From contig JAGRFY010000060.1 of NCBI GenBank assembly GCA_020445765.1, positions 1,449 to 65,448 of the forward strand: a stretch of 64,000 nucleotides of DNA, written 5' to 3'. A program made the position numbers and the translations under genes. This document shows positions 49,613 through 60,135 of this stretch, piece after piece. Below the pieces are notes generated by a model. It had not been told where the DNA came from. It saw only the letters and a program-made list of their open reading frames with translations, and did not search any database. Origin of the DNA: Rhodocyclaceae bacterium (GTDB taxonomy: Bacteria; Pseudomonadota; Gammaproteobacteria; Burkholderiales; Rhodocyclaceae). Within the stretch, counting starts at the first letter, position 1; each line of letters opens with the position of its first letter.

Positions 49613-50371
49613 ATGTCGACAAAAGACGGTTTCATCATCGATCCATTGCTCGCGCGCATTCCCTTGCTCGCCGGGCTGAGCCATCCCGCCCGACGGGCGG
49701 TCGCGGCGCACGCGCAGCGGCGCGAGGTGGACCGCGGCGCGGCACTGTACCGGGAGGGCGACCCGGCGCACGCCTTTCACTTCCTCGCAGCCGGCAAGAT
49801 CAAGCGGGTCGTGTGCTCTGCCGAGGGCTCGGAAAGAGTCATCGATCTCGTGCTGCCAGGCGATACCATCGGCTTGTGCGAAGTGTTTTCCTCGAGCGGT
49901 TTCGCCTGCCGCGCGGAAGCGCTCGAGCCATCGACCGTGGTCGAGATCAGCCATGCCGCGATCGACCATGCGATGGATCTCGACCCCCGGCTGCCGCGCC
50001 GAATCATCTCGGCGATCGCCGATCGCAACACCGGTCTGGTCCGCGACATTGCCGCTTCGCACTTCCATTCGGCCTGTCGCCGTGTGCTCGACTATCTGCG
50101 CCATCTCGCGGATTCGGTCGCCGAGATCGACGACGGGGCCTCGCCGAGCTTCGTGCTGCCGGTGCGGAAGCATCTTCTCGCGGCGCAGCTCGGCCTCAGC
50201 CCGGAGACCCTTTCCCGGGTCTTTCGCGACCTTTCCGAAGTGGGTCTGATCTCCGTGACCGGGCCGCGCATCACCTTGTCGCCCGATGTCGACAAGCACG
50301 CGTCGACGATCGCCGAATCGCGCCGCCGGGTCCTCGCCGAAGCGCGTTCCGCGAGCCGGTCCTGCCGCTGA
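49613..50371 (+). CDS. Second Crp/Fnr-family regulator (DNR-like)
   Basis: IPLLAGLS, GLCEVF and HTH LSPETLSRVFRDL; no Fe-S Cys cluster. Confidence 0.88.
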   Translation: MSTKDGFIIDPLLARIPLLAGLSHPARRAVAAHAQRREVDRGAALYREGDPAHAFHFLAAGKIKRVVCSAEGSERVIDLVLPGDTIGLCEVFSSSGFACRAEALEPSTVVEISHAAIDHAMDLDPRLPRRIISAIADRNTGLVRDIAASHFHSACRRVLDYLRHLADSVAEIDDGASPSFVLPVRKHLLAAQLGLSPETLSRVFRDLSEVGLISVTGPRITLSPDVDKHASTIAESRRRVLAEARSASRSCR

Positions 50372-50376
50372 CCGGC

Positions 50377-51033
50377 TCACGACTGCGTGATCGGCACCTT
50401 GCCGCCGCGCCGCGCCCAGAGTGCAATTTCGACCCGCGAGCGATAGCCGATCTTGCGTTTCATGTTGCGCAGGTGCACCTTCACCGTGCCCTCGCTGATG
50501 TCCAGCGTGCGGGCAATCAGCTTGTTCGGCATGCCGGTGCCGACCAGTGCCAGCACCTGCCGTTCCCGGTCGGTCAGCGCGGCGCAGGGCGGCTGTGTGC
50601 CGGCCGCCTGCCGCGAATCGCTCGCCAGCAACCGGCGGGCATGGGCGCCGCCGTCCGTTGCAGACAGCACGTGCCGCACCGCGGCGAGCAGGTCGCCGGC
50701 GTGCATGTCCTTGGTCAGATACTCGACGGCACCGGCCTCGAGCGCGCGGGCGACATCGCGCGGACTCGTCGAACTCGTCAATACGACGATCGGCGCCGCC
50801 CCGAGCCGGCTTCGCAGCCGATCCACCGTGGCGTAGTCGTCGAAGCCACCGAGCTGCGGGTCGACGATGATCAGGTCGGGACGCAGGCGAAGGGCGAACT
50901 CGATGCACTCGTCCGCGCTCTGCGCTTCCGCGACGACGTCGATATCGTGCTGTCGATCGAACCAGTCGACCAGTCCCCGGCGAAACAGGGGATGATCGTC
51001 TGCGACCAGGATGCGGTGCTTGCCGGCGGTCAT
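50377..51033 (-). CDS. NarL/LuxR-family response regulator
   Basis: ILVADDHPLFRRG receiver; LTDRERQVL...NKLIARTLDISEGTVKVH HTH. Confidence 0.92.
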   Translation of the reverse strand: MTAGKHRILVADDHPLFRRGLVDWFDRQHDIDVVAEAQSADECIEFALRLRPDLIIVDPQLGGFDDYATVDRLRSRLGAAPIVVLTSSTSPRDVARALEAGAVEYLTKDMHAGDLLAAVRHVLSATDGGAHARRLLASDSRQAAGTQPPCAALTDRERQVLALVGTGMPNKLIARTLDISEGTVKVHLRNMKRKIGYRSRVEIALWARRGGKVPITQS

Positions 51034-51590
51034 ACGGCCGACCTTCGACCCGGCGAGACGGGGTCACGGGCAGCCGGTACGTCCACGACCGACACGACAG
51101 CGCACTCGCCATGACACCCGGGATGCGCGGCCGTCGGGATTCGGAATACCCCATCGTGACGGCTTTCGGCCGCATTGCTCTTGCGATGCAGCAAGGCCGG
51201 GTTCGCGGCCGCAGTTGCCGCCCATACAGCCTCGCCCGTGATCGCGTGCGTTGAATATTTATTGCACATTAACAGATGCTTCCGAAAATACTTGTCGATT
51301 CTTATTTTCGGAAACGGTGACTGCGGGCGCATTGGCACAGATCAAGATTGACGCCTGGCGTGCATAGAATTGACTGCGGTGCAGCACGGATCGGTCTACA
51401 GGCTTGCCCGGATTTCGGGCGGGTCCGGCAACGGTGCCGACGGGGCGGGCGCAAGCGGCGATGGCCGTGATCGCGCGAGCGGATGGCCGGCTCCGCGGCG
51501 GTTGTGGGCGGCGGCCCCGAGTGTTCCGGGGGAGACGGTCTCGCACCGATCGCCGTCGCGCCTCGGAATTGCCGGCATCGACTGCGGTGT

Positions 51591-52601
51591 TCAGTCCTCC
51601 AGGGCCACCCAGCGGCCACGGAAATATTTCTGCTCGCGCTTCTTCAGTCGCTTGCAGGGGTGCGTTCCGACCATGCGCCCGCCGTCGTCGCTGAGCAGCA
51701 TGACGTCGGCACGCGCGGCATGCTGGAAGTAGCCTTCCGGATTGAAGTCGTGCAGATCGACCGCGACCTGCTCGGGAACGTCGACGCCGTTCCAGGCGTA
51801 CAGCCGTGATTCGCCCCCGCTGTCATGGTGGCCGGCAGTGATCAGGTAGCGGCTGTGGCGCAGCGACAGTGCGCGCACGCCCAGTCCGCCGAGGTCGAGC
51901 TGGATGGGTTCGCCGAAACGGGCCGCTTCGCCGGCCATCACCTGCTCGGGGTTCTCGAGAATCACCAGCAGGGCCAGACCATCCGGAATCGGGTTGCGGA
52001 ATCCGATCAGCAGGCCACCGTCCGGCGTCGCCGACAGGCCCTCGATGTTGAGTCCGCCCGGCGTCTTGGGCGGGCGCATGGCCGCCGCGGAAAGATCGAA
52101 CGGGCGCAGTTGTGGCGCTGCCAGCAACTGCTCGAAGAAGGTCTCGGGTGCCACCGCCGTGACCGCCAGCGGCCGGTATTCGTCCGGCACCGTGGTGGTG
52201 AAGAAGCGCAGGCGCTCGCGTCTCTGCTCGCCACGAATGTCCCGCCCGTGCGAGGTGATCCAGTAGGCGCGGCCGTTCAGCGTCGTCGCGGCCTCGATGT
52301 CGGTCTCGGGCGGCGGCTTGAGCCTGCCCTTGCGCGAGCGGGTTGGCTCGACGCCGAGTTGGCTCGATATGTCGATTTCGCCGAGCGGCGCGCCGCCCGT
52401 CCCGGCGTCATAGATCCGCAGCAGATTGTCTTCGTCGTCGGCAACCGCGAAGCGGTCCGTGGACAACGGGATCGCGCCCGACGCGTCGCACATGCCCGTG
52501 AATCGCACGTCGGCCGCCGTGGCCGCGCTGCCGACGACGGCGATGGCAAACGCCAGCGCGAGGGCTGCCGCCCGGCCATGCTTTGGTGTCAGGTCTATCA
52601 T
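51591..52601 (-). CDS. DUF3616-family exported beta-propeller-like protein
   Basis: Signal peptide; CDASG, VADDEDN, DIEAA, YWITSHGR, LNIEGL and IGFRNP motifs. Confidence 0.8.
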   Translation of the reverse strand: MIDLTPKHGRAAALALAFAIAVVGSAATAADVRFTGMCDASGAIPLSTDRFAVADDEDNLLRIYDAGTGGAPLGEIDISSQLGVEPTRSRKGRLKPPPETDIEAATTLNGRAYWITSHGRDIRGEQRRERLRFFTTTVPDEYRPLAVTAVAPETFFEQLLAAPQLRPFDLSAAAMRPPKTPGGLNIEGLSATPDGGLLIGFRNPIPDGLALLVILENPEQVMAGEAARFGEPIQLDLGGLGVRALSLRHSRYLITAGHHDSGGESRLYAWNGVDVPEQVAVDLHDFNPEGYFQHAARADVMLLSDDGGRMVGTHPCKRLKKREQKYFRGRWVALED

Positions 52602-52684
52602 CGTTTCATTTCGTGGTGGCCTGGTGTTCCGTGCGATCAAGCGCTGACGCCGTCGCTCGCCTTGCCGATCCCGCGACACAGTCG

Positions 52685-53137
52685 TCAATTCGCGCCAGAG
52701 GCCCGCAGCAGGGCGTCCAGTCGACTGGCGAATGCCCTTAGATCGGCTGGCCCGATCGGCGCCGGGCCTCCGGTGTCGACACCGGTGCCGCGCAGTGAAT
52801 CCATGAAATTTCGCATGTCGAGCAGTTCGCGAATGTTTTCCGGCCCGAATCGCTCGCCGCGTGGCGACAGCGCGTAGGCCCCCTTGGCGACTGCATCGGC
52901 GGCGAGAGGAATGTCCGCCGTGACGACCAGGTCGCCGGGCTGCAGGCGGGCGGCAATGGTCTTGTCGGCCTCGTCGAAGCCACCCGGCACCTGCAGCATG
53001 CGGACGAGCGGGGACGGTGGCACCCGCAGATGATGGTTGGCGACCAGCGTCAGCATTCGGCCGGTGCGCTCGGCGGCGCGACACAGGATGTCGCGTATCG
53101 CGACCGGGCAGGCGTCGGCATCGACCCAGATGTGCAT
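52685..53137 (-). CDS. yaiI: YaiI/YqxD (DUF188) family protein
   Basis: IWVDADACPV, GFDEAD and VVTADIPLA motifs. Confidence 0.92.
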   Translation of the reverse strand: MHIWVDADACPVAIRDILCRAAERTGRMLTLVANHHLRVPPSPLVRMLQVPGGFDEADKTIAARLQPGDLVVTADIPLAADAVAKGAYALSPRGERFGPENIRELLDMRNFMDSLRGTGVDTGGPAPIGPADLRAFASRLDALLRASGAN

Positions 53138-53538
53138 CGTTCATCCCAATTGGCAGGACTTGGTCGTGGCGAGAGACGCGCCTACCGCCGCGCCGCTGCC
53201 GCCGGCAGTATAGGCCGCCTGGCCCGAATGACGCGTCGGGCATGGCATGGTGATTGCTCGTCCGTGATGCTCCCGTCAGCGCGGCAATGACGCCGACGAA
53301 GCCAGCAGCGCCCGTGGCGATCGGATGACGTTCAAACGACCGGATAGGCAACGGCCGGACACCGCCGTCGACGCGACCTGCAAGGCGCGTTCGCGATGCC
53401 GGCACGGCTTGTCGCGGTCACGGTCCGGGCTGGTCGGCAGCGCACGAAATCGGCAATGATTGGCGCGAGCGATTGTCCAAGCTCGATGGCCGACTGCCGG
53501 CCGAGCCGGCGACAGTCGACGGCTGCCAGGGGGATTCG

Positions 53539-54345
53539 ATGATGGATGACAAGCATGTTGCCGATACATGGGAGCGAGGCAACCCGTACGAGTTCTACGT
53601 CGGGCGCTGGAGCCGCCGAATCGCTCCGCCGTTCCTGTCCTGGCTCGGCATCGGCGGCGGCCGAAGATGGCTCGACGTCGGCTGCGGCACCGGCGCGCTG
53701 TCCGCGGCCATCCTGGATCGATGTGCGCCGGCCTCGGTGAACGGCGTCGATCCGTCGGAAGGATTCCTCGGCAGCGCGCGCGAGCGCGTCGGCGCCAAGG
53801 CGACGCTGCGGCAGGGCGATGCCGCCCGGATTCCGCTCGGCGATGCGTCGGTCGATGTCGTGGTCTCGGGACTGGTCCTGAACTTCGTGCCGGATCACCA
53901 TGCCGCGCTGCGAGAGATGTCGCGGGTGACGTGCAAGGGTGGCACGGTGGCCGCTTATGTCTGGGACTACGCCGACAGGATGGAATTGATGCGGCACTTC
54001 TGGGACGCCGCGGTCGAACTCGACCCGGATGCTGCAAAGCTCGACGAGGGCGCGCGATTTCCGGTGTGCCGGCCGGACGCGCTCGAGCAACTCTTCGTCG
54101 GATCCGGGCTGGATGCGGTCGCTGTCGAAGCCATCGAGATTCCGACCGTCTTCACGGACTTCGACGACTACTGGCAGCCCTTCCTCGGCGGCCAGGGACC
54201 GGCACCGGCCTACGTCATGTCGCTCGACGGCGCGGCGCGGCAAAGGCTCCGGCAAGCCCTTTGGACACGACTGCCGATCCAGCAGGATGGTTCGATCGCG
54301 CTGGCTGCCAGGGCCTGGGCGGTGAGGGGCGTGGTCAAGGGCTAG
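53539..54345 (+). CDS. Class I SAM-dependent methyltransferase
   Basis: YEFYVGRWSR, WLDVGCGTG, GVDPS and AAYVWDY motifs. Confidence 0.9.
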   Translation: MMDDKHVADTWERGNPYEFYVGRWSRRIAPPFLSWLGIGGGRRWLDVGCGTGALSAAILDRCAPASVNGVDPSEGFLGSARERVGAKATLRQGDAARIPLGDASVDVVVSGLVLNFVPDHHAALREMSRVTCKGGTVAAYVWDYADRMELMRHFWDAAVELDPDAAKLDEGARFPVCRPDALEQLFVGSGLDAVAVEAIEIPTVFTDFDDYWQPFLGGQGPAPAYVMSLDGAARQRLRQALWTRLPIQQDGSIALAARAWAVRGVVKG

Positions 54346-54526
54346 GCATCGTGGCCCGCCCCCGTCGGGACGGCTTGCGTCGCGGACCGCATCCCGCTGG
54401 GACAGGCGTGACATCGCGCCGCGCCGTGGCCGGCGGCGAGCTCTCAGTGCCGAGCGGATCGATTGTCCCCAATATTTCATTTGCATGAGATGATCGCGCG
54501 CCGGCCGTTGCCGAGTGGATGGGGCC

Positions 54527-55612
54527 ATGTCATACCGCGTGCTGTCGCTGTCTCTGCCCGTGTTGTTCGCCGTCGCCTGCGGCGGCTCGGTCGAATTTTC
54601 GCCGCCGGTCGCCGAGCGGCAGTTCGAGCTTCTGGGCGAACTGGCACTGGATGCACCGGCCGCCCGGGCGATCGATTTCGACGGCCGCTACGTCCTGCTG
54701 TCACAGGGCGAGGGCGGGCTCACCGTGGTCGACGCCGAAGACCCGCGAACGCCCAGGGTCGCGGCACGATACCGGCCGGCGCAGCAGCGCGACGGCGTGG
54801 TCGCCTTCGATCGCATTCTCGATGCGGTCTGGCTCGATGCCGGCCACTTCGTGTCCGTCGTCGATCCGGCCTGCGCCGGCCTATGCATGCTGCCGCCACC
54901 GGACCAGGAATTGCGCGTCCAAGCCTGGACCGGCAGCGGCGACCCCAGGGTTGTCGCGACCCTCGCGGCCGAAACCACGGTCGCCATCGCGGCCGATGCC
55001 GGCTGGCTGATCACCTCGATGCCTTCGGAACGGTCGTCCGGGGCCATGGGCTCGCTCAAGGTATTCGACCTTCGATCGCCGTCGAGTCCGCGCGAGACGG
55101 CCCGTGCGGACCTGTCCACCGCCGGCAGGCTGGTGGTCGGCAGCGGCGGAACCCTGATCAATGCGTTCTCCGATGCCGGCGGCAGTGCGACGGGGTTCGA
55201 TCGGCTCGACGTCACTCGGCCTGCCCAGCCGCTGCCGCTCGCCACCAGCGGAACCGCTGCGGCCGCCGGCAGCTTCGGCGACGCTGCTCTGGCAGGCCAG
55301 TTCCTCTATCAACTCGATGGCGGCGGTCAACTGTTCCGTATCGACGTGTCGTCCCCACGCGGCCCGTTCCAGCCGGTGGGCCTGCTCGGCGGGGCGGCGA
55401 TCACCGCCTTCGCGGTCGATGCCGACCGCCTGGTGCTGAGCCGCGGCGGGGCGCCCGTCCAGGTCTATCGGCTGGACCGAGATCGGCCGCCCCTGCTGCT
55501 CGACCAACTGCCGGACCGGGGCGAAGTCCTGCACATCGCCCTGCACGGCGACCTGATGCTGCTCGCCAGCGACCAGCCGGCACGGCTGTCGCTGTTCCGG
55601 CTGCTGCACTGA
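54527..55612 (+). CDS. LVIVD-repeat lipoprotein
   Basis: Lipobox AVAC; repeats GLTVVDAEDP, LKVFDLRSP and LFRIDVSSP. Confidence 0.75.
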   Translation: MSYRVLSLSLPVLFAVACGGSVEFSPPVAERQFELLGELALDAPAARAIDFDGRYVLLSQGEGGLTVVDAEDPRTPRVAARYRPAQQRDGVVAFDRILDAVWLDAGHFVSVVDPACAGLCMLPPPDQELRVQAWTGSGDPRVVATLAAETTVAIAADAGWLITSMPSERSSGAMGSLKVFDLRSPSSPRETARADLSTAGRLVVGSGGTLINAFSDAGGSATGFDRLDVTRPAQPLPLATSGTAAAAGSFGDAALAGQFLYQLDGGGQLFRIDVSSPRGPFQPVGLLGGAAITAFAVDADRLVLSRGGAPVQVYRLDRDRPPLLLDQLPDRGEVLHIALHGDLMLLASDQPARLSLFRLLH

Positions 55613-55664
55613 ACGGCCGCGTCGCCAAGCGCGGAAAGTCGCCCAGCGCCGCGTGGGCGCGACC

Positions 55665-56960
55665 CTACAGCAGCTTCATCGCCCGCGCCGCCTGCCGCAG
55701 TTCCGGACGGAAATCCGGGTGGGCGATCGCGATCAGGGCCTCGGCCCGTTGCTTTGCGGTCTTGCCGCGCAACTGGGCGACGCCGTGTTCGGTGACGACG
55801 TAGTTGACGTCGTTCTTGCTGGTGGTGACATGGGTGCCGGGCGCCAGCGTCGGCACGATGCGCGAGATCGAGTTCTCCTTCGCGGTCGACGGCAGCACGA
55901 TGAACGACTTGCCGTCGCGAGAGCGATTTGCGGCGCGAACGAAGTCGGCCTGCCCGCCGGTGCCGGAATAGGGCGTGTGGCCCAGGCTCTCCGAGCCGCA
56001 CTGGCCGATCAGATCCACCTGCATGCTGGCGTTGATCGACACCAGCTGGTCGTTGCGGCCGGCGAGATAGGGATCGTTGGTGACGTCGACCGGGTGCATC
56101 TCCAGCGCCGGGTTGCGGTCCATGAACCGATACAGCTTGTTCGAGCCCAGCGCGAAGGTGGCGAGCATCCTGCCCCGGTTCACGTTCTTGCGACGGTTGG
56201 TGACAGCGCCGGATTCGACCAGCGTCATGATGCCGTCGCCGATCATCTCGGTATGGATACCGAGGTCGTGCTTGTGGGTGAGCTGCATCACGACGGCGTC
56301 CGGGATGCCGCCATAGCCGATCTGCAGGGTTGCACCGTCCGGGATCATGTCGGCGACGTACTGGCCGATTGCTTCCTGGACCGGACCGATCGCCGGCAGG
56401 CCGACTTCGAGCACCGGTTCTTCGCTCTCCACCAGCGCACTGACCTGGGAGACGTGGACATGGCAGTTGCCATTGGCGAACGGCACATTCGGATTCACCT
56501 CGAGCACCACCGCCCGCGCGCGACTGATCGCAGCCATCGTGTAGTCTGCGGCCAGGCTGATCGAGAAGTAGCCGTGTTCGTCCATCGGCGAGGCCATCGT
56601 GAATACCACGTCGGCCGGCAGTTGCCGCCGCTCGATCAGCGTCGGCAGCTCCGAGAAATAGGCGGGAACGTAGTCGATCCAGCCGCCCTGACCGCCCGGG
56701 CGCGACGGGCCGCCGAAGAAATAGGCGCAGTGACGCACGTGTTCGGCGGTTTCAGGATCGAAGTAGCCGTACTTGCGAAGGGGCAGGATCTGCGCGATCT
56801 GTACGCCTTCGAAATCGCGCCGTTGCTCGGACAGCGCGGCCAGCAGGGTCGGCGGCTCGCCGACGCCCGTCGGCACCACGATCATGTCGCCGTTGTGGAC
56901 CTGGCGCACCGCGTCGGCGGCGCTCATGCGTTTGCTCTGATAGGCGGACTGGTGGGACAT
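55665..56960 (-). CDS. Acetyl-CoA hydrolase/4-hydroxybutyrate CoA-transferase family
   Basis: LQIGYGGIPD, GIHTEM, SGTGGQADF and YVVTEHG motifs. Confidence 0.93.
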   Translation of the reverse strand: MSHQSAYQSKRMSAADAVRQVHNGDMIVVPTGVGEPPTLLAALSEQRRDFEGVQIAQILPLRKYGYFDPETAEHVRHCAYFFGGPSRPGGQGGWIDYVPAYFSELPTLIERRQLPADVVFTMASPMDEHGYFSISLAADYTMAAISRARAVVLEVNPNVPFANGNCHVHVSQVSALVESEEPVLEVGLPAIGPVQEAIGQYVADMIPDGATLQIGYGGIPDAVVMQLTHKHDLGIHTEMIGDGIMTLVESGAVTNRRKNVNRGRMLATFALGSNKLYRFMDRNPALEMHPVDVTNDPYLAGRNDQLVSINASMQVDLIGQCGSESLGHTPYSGTGGQADFVRAANRSRDGKSFIVLPSTAKENSISRIVPTLAPGTHVTTSKNDVNYVVTEHGVAQLRGKTAKQRAEALIAIAHPDFRPELRQAARAMKLL

Positions 56961-56991
56961 ACGGTCTCCTCCCCGGGGCTGGGCGGTCGAT

Positions 56992-57768
56992 TCAGCGGTC
57001 GGTGAACACAGGCGGACGCTTGGCGAGGAAGGCGGCCATGCCCTCCTTCTGGTCGGCCAGGGCGAAGGCGGCGTGGAAGGCGCGGCGCTCGAACAGCAGG
57101 CCCTCCTGCAGGCTGCTCTCGAACGCCCGATTGACCGACTCCTTGACCATCATCACCACCGGCAGCGAGAAGCCGGCGATCGTTGCCGCGACTTCCAGGG
57201 TTTCGGCGAGCAGGCGATCGGCCGGGAAGATCCGCGCCACGAGACCGGCCCGTTCGGCCTCGTCGGCGCCCATCATGCGGGCGCTCAGGCACATGTCCAT
57301 CGCCTTGGCCTTGCCGATCGCCCGCGGCAGTCGCTGGGTGCCGCCGGCGCCCGGCAGCACGCCGAGCTTGATCTCGGGTTGGCCGAACCTGGCGGTGTCG
57401 GCAGCGAAGATCATGTCGCACATCATCGCCAGTTCGCAGCCGCCGCCCAGCGCGAAGCCGGCGACAGCGGCGATCACCGGCTTGCGGCAGGTCTTCACGC
57501 GCTCCCAGTTGCGGGTGATGTAGTCGCCCTTGTAGGCGTCCATGTAGTCGAACGAGGCCATGCCGGAAATGTCGGCGCCGGCGGCGAAGGCCTTGTCCGA
57601 ACCGGTGATGACGATGCAGCCGATCGAGGCGTCGGCCTCGAAGGCGTCGAGCGCGCTCGACAATTCGTCGACCAGTGCATCGCTGAGCGCGTTGAGCTGC
57701 TGTGGTCGGTCGAGGGTCACGAGACCCACCTTGCCGTGGACCTCGACCCGAATGTTCTCGTATGTCAT
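56992..57768 (-). CDS. Enoyl-CoA hydratase
   Basis: [18 protein letters not shown] and FGQPEIKLG motifs. Confidence 0.95.
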   Translation of the reverse strand: MTYENIRVEVHGKVGLVTLDRPQQLNALSDALVDELSSALDAFEADASIGCIVITGSDKAFAAGADISGMASFDYMDAYKGDYITRNWERVKTCRKPVIAAVAGFALGGGCELAMMCDMIFAADTARFGQPEIKLGVLPGAGGTQRLPRAIGKAKAMDMCLSARMMGADEAERAGLVARIFPADRLLAETLEVAATIAGFSLPVVMMVKESVNRAFESSLQEGLLFERRAFHAAFALADQKEGMAAFLAKRPPVFTDR

Positions 57769-57840
57769 CTCTCCCTCCGCTTGTCTGTGATCGGTGATCC
57801 TGGACGTTGGTGGCGACCTCGTCCGGGCAATGCGTCGTGG

Positions 57841-59034
57841 TCAGAGCATCTCGACGGCGATCGCGGTGGCTTCGCCGCCACCGATGCACAGGCTGGCGAT
57901 GCCACGGCGGCCGCCGGTCTTCTTCAGCGCGCCGATCAGGGTCACCAGGATGCGGGCGCCGGATGCGCCGATCGGGTGACCCAGGGCGCAGGCGCCGCCG
58001 TGCATGTTAACCCGGTCGTGGGCCAGCCCGAGGTCGTGCATCGCGGCCATCGTGACTACCGCGAAGGCCTCGTTGATCTCCCACAGATCGACATCGCCGA
58101 CCGACCAGCCGGCCTTGTCGAGCAGCGTGCGCATCGCGCCGACCGGTGCGGTCGGAAACAGGTGTGGCGCATCGGCATTCGTCGTGTGGCCGACGATCGT
58201 CGCCAGCGGCGCGGCACCGAGGCGTTCGGCGGTCGATCGCCGCATCAGCACCAGGGCGGCGGCACCGTCGGAGATCGAGCTCGAGTTGGCCGGTGTCACG
58301 GTGCCGTCCTTGCGGAAGGCCGGCTTCAGCGTCGGGATCTTGTCGAGGCGCGCATTGCCGGGCTGCTCGTCGTGCTGGACGCGCGTCTCGCCGCCACGGG
58401 CGGCAAGGCCGACCGGTTCGATCTCCCAGCCGAAGCTGCCGTCCTCGATCGCCGCCTGGGCACGGGTCAGCGACTGGATCGCGAATTCGTCCTGCTGCTG
58501 ACGCGTGAAGCCGTAATCGGACGCACAGTCCTCGGCGAAGGTGCCCATCAGGCGGCCACGGTACTCGGCGCTGTAGGCATCCTCGAGACCGTCGAAGAAC
58601 ATGTGATCGAGCACCTGGCCGTGACCGAGGCGATAGCCGGCACGACCCTTGGGCAGCATGTAGGGGGCATTGGTCATCGATTCCATGCCGCCGGCGACCA
58701 TCACTTCGGCGCTGCCGGCCAGCAGCAGGTCGTGGGCGAGCATCGTCGCCTTCATGCCCGAGCCGCAGACCTTGTTCACAGTGGTGCACCCTGCCGCGAG
58801 CGGGAGTCCGCCGTTGAGTGCGGCCTGGCGGGCCGGCGCCTGTCCGACGCCGGCCGGCAGCACGCAGCCGAAGATGAGTTCCTGTATCCGGTCGGCGCCG
58901 ATGCCGGCGCGCTCGACGGCGGCCCGGATCGCGACGCCGCCGAGCTGGGGAGCGGTCAATCCGGAGAAGGCGCCCTGGAAGCCGCCGATGGGCGTGCGGG
59001 CGACGGAGGCGATGACGATCGGGTCTTTTTCCAT
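57841..59034 (-). CDS. Acetyl-CoA C-acyltransferase (thiolase)
   Basis: NKVCGSG, NEAFA, GHPIGASG and LCIGGGE motifs. Confidence 0.95.
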   Translation of the reverse strand: MEKDPIVIASVARTPIGGFQGAFSGLTAPQLGGVAIRAAVERAGIGADRIQELIFGCVLPAGVGQAPARQAALNGGLPLAAGCTTVNKVCGSGMKATMLAHDLLLAGSAEVMVAGGMESMTNAPYMLPKGRAGYRLGHGQVLDHMFFDGLEDAYSAEYRGRLMGTFAEDCASDYGFTRQQQDEFAIQSLTRAQAAIEDGSFGWEIEPVGLAARGGETRVQHDEQPGNARLDKIPTLKPAFRKDGTVTPANSSSISDGAAALVLMRRSTAERLGAAPLATIVGHTTNADAPHLFPTAPVGAMRTLLDKAGWSVGDVDLWEINEAFAVVTMAAMHDLGLAHDRVNMHGGACALGHPIGASGARILVTLIGALKKTGGRRGIASLCIGGGEATAIAVEML

Positions 59035-59549
59035 GGTTCTCTCGCTGATCTCGGTTGCGGCCCACCCGGTGTCGCCGTCGATCGATTGATTCGGCGGCGC
59101 TCTGACCGAGCGAACTTCGAATGCCGACTCGCGGTTGCCTGCCGTCGTCTCCGGCCGGTTGCGCTGAGTCGTCGCGTGCCGGAACTTTAGGAGAAGGACC
59201 GGCACGCTTCTAGGCTGAAATCCATCAATCTGCGTGAGCGAAAATGCCACTTCGGTCCGTCGTGCGCGGTGCCGCGACTGCCCGTGGCGCCATGTGCCGC
59301 GAGCCGGGGAGCGCAGCCATTGCACGTGACCGAAATCACCGGGGCTCGGGAACCGTTCGAACGATTGCCGAGCCGATCGTCGCGCACTGCTGTTGCCGGC
59401 GCGGGCTTCGTATCATCGTTGACCGCCCGAACCGATCCGCCTCGGATCGGCTCGATGCACGGCCGATGCCGTTCTGCCGTCTGCGCCAGCGAGCGGTTCG
59501 ATCGCGAGCTCGCGGTCAGCCGGATCGCAGGATCTGCCACCGCCGGGAG

Positions 59550-59972
59550 GTGTTGCCCTTGTTCTATCTGGTTTACGTGAGTTCGTGCCGTGGCCTGATG
59601 TCCCGGTCGAGCGTCCAGCAGTTGCTGCACCAATGCGTCGAGCGCAACGGACCACTCGGCATCACCGGCATCCTGCTTTACCAGTCGGGCAATTTTCTTC
59701 AGTTGCTCGAAGGTCCACAGGAGGTGGTCGAGACCTTGTACGAAAAGATCTCGGGGGATCCGCGCCACCATCAGGTCACCCGGGTGCTGTCCGGCAACGC
59801 GCCGCAGCGCCTGTTCCCCAATTGGTCCATGGCCTACAAGAACCTCGCCGACCTGCCCGAGCGCCATGGCTACCATGCACTGCTCGATCAGAAGCTCGGC
59901 CTCAGGGGCTTCGCCCCCGGCCAGCAGCGGGTGCTGCGCTTCATCGGACTGTTCGTGCAGAACAATCCCTGA
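59550..59972 (+). CDS. Stand-alone BLUF blue-light sensor protein
   Basis: LVYVS, GITGILLY, FLQLLEG, DPRH and WSM motifs, with conserved Tyr/Gln/Trp/Met; GGGAGG RBS; exact start uncertain. Confidence 0.9.
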   Translation: MLPLFYLVYVSSCRGLMSRSSVQQLLHQCVERNGPLGITGILLYQSGNFLQLLEGPQEVVETLYEKISGDPRHHQVTRVLSGNAPQRLFPNWSMAYKNLADLPERHGYHALLDQKLGLRGFAPGQQRVLRFIGLFVQNNP

Positions 59973-60135
59973 GTCCGGTGTCGATGCCGGGTGGGTGCCG
60001 CATCGTACGCCGGGCGTGATGCAGTTCGCATCATCGTGCATCCGGTGATTCTCCCCTTTCGTAGCGTTTGATGAGTACGGCGTGCCGTCGGCAGCCGACG
60101 CTCGATCCACGCAAATCACGAACGGGAGAACGATC

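Noticed and set aside
51334-51347. Fourth FNR-like box TTGGC-ACAG-ATCAA
   Set aside because: One half-site is degenerate and no gene start lies at an appropriate distance.
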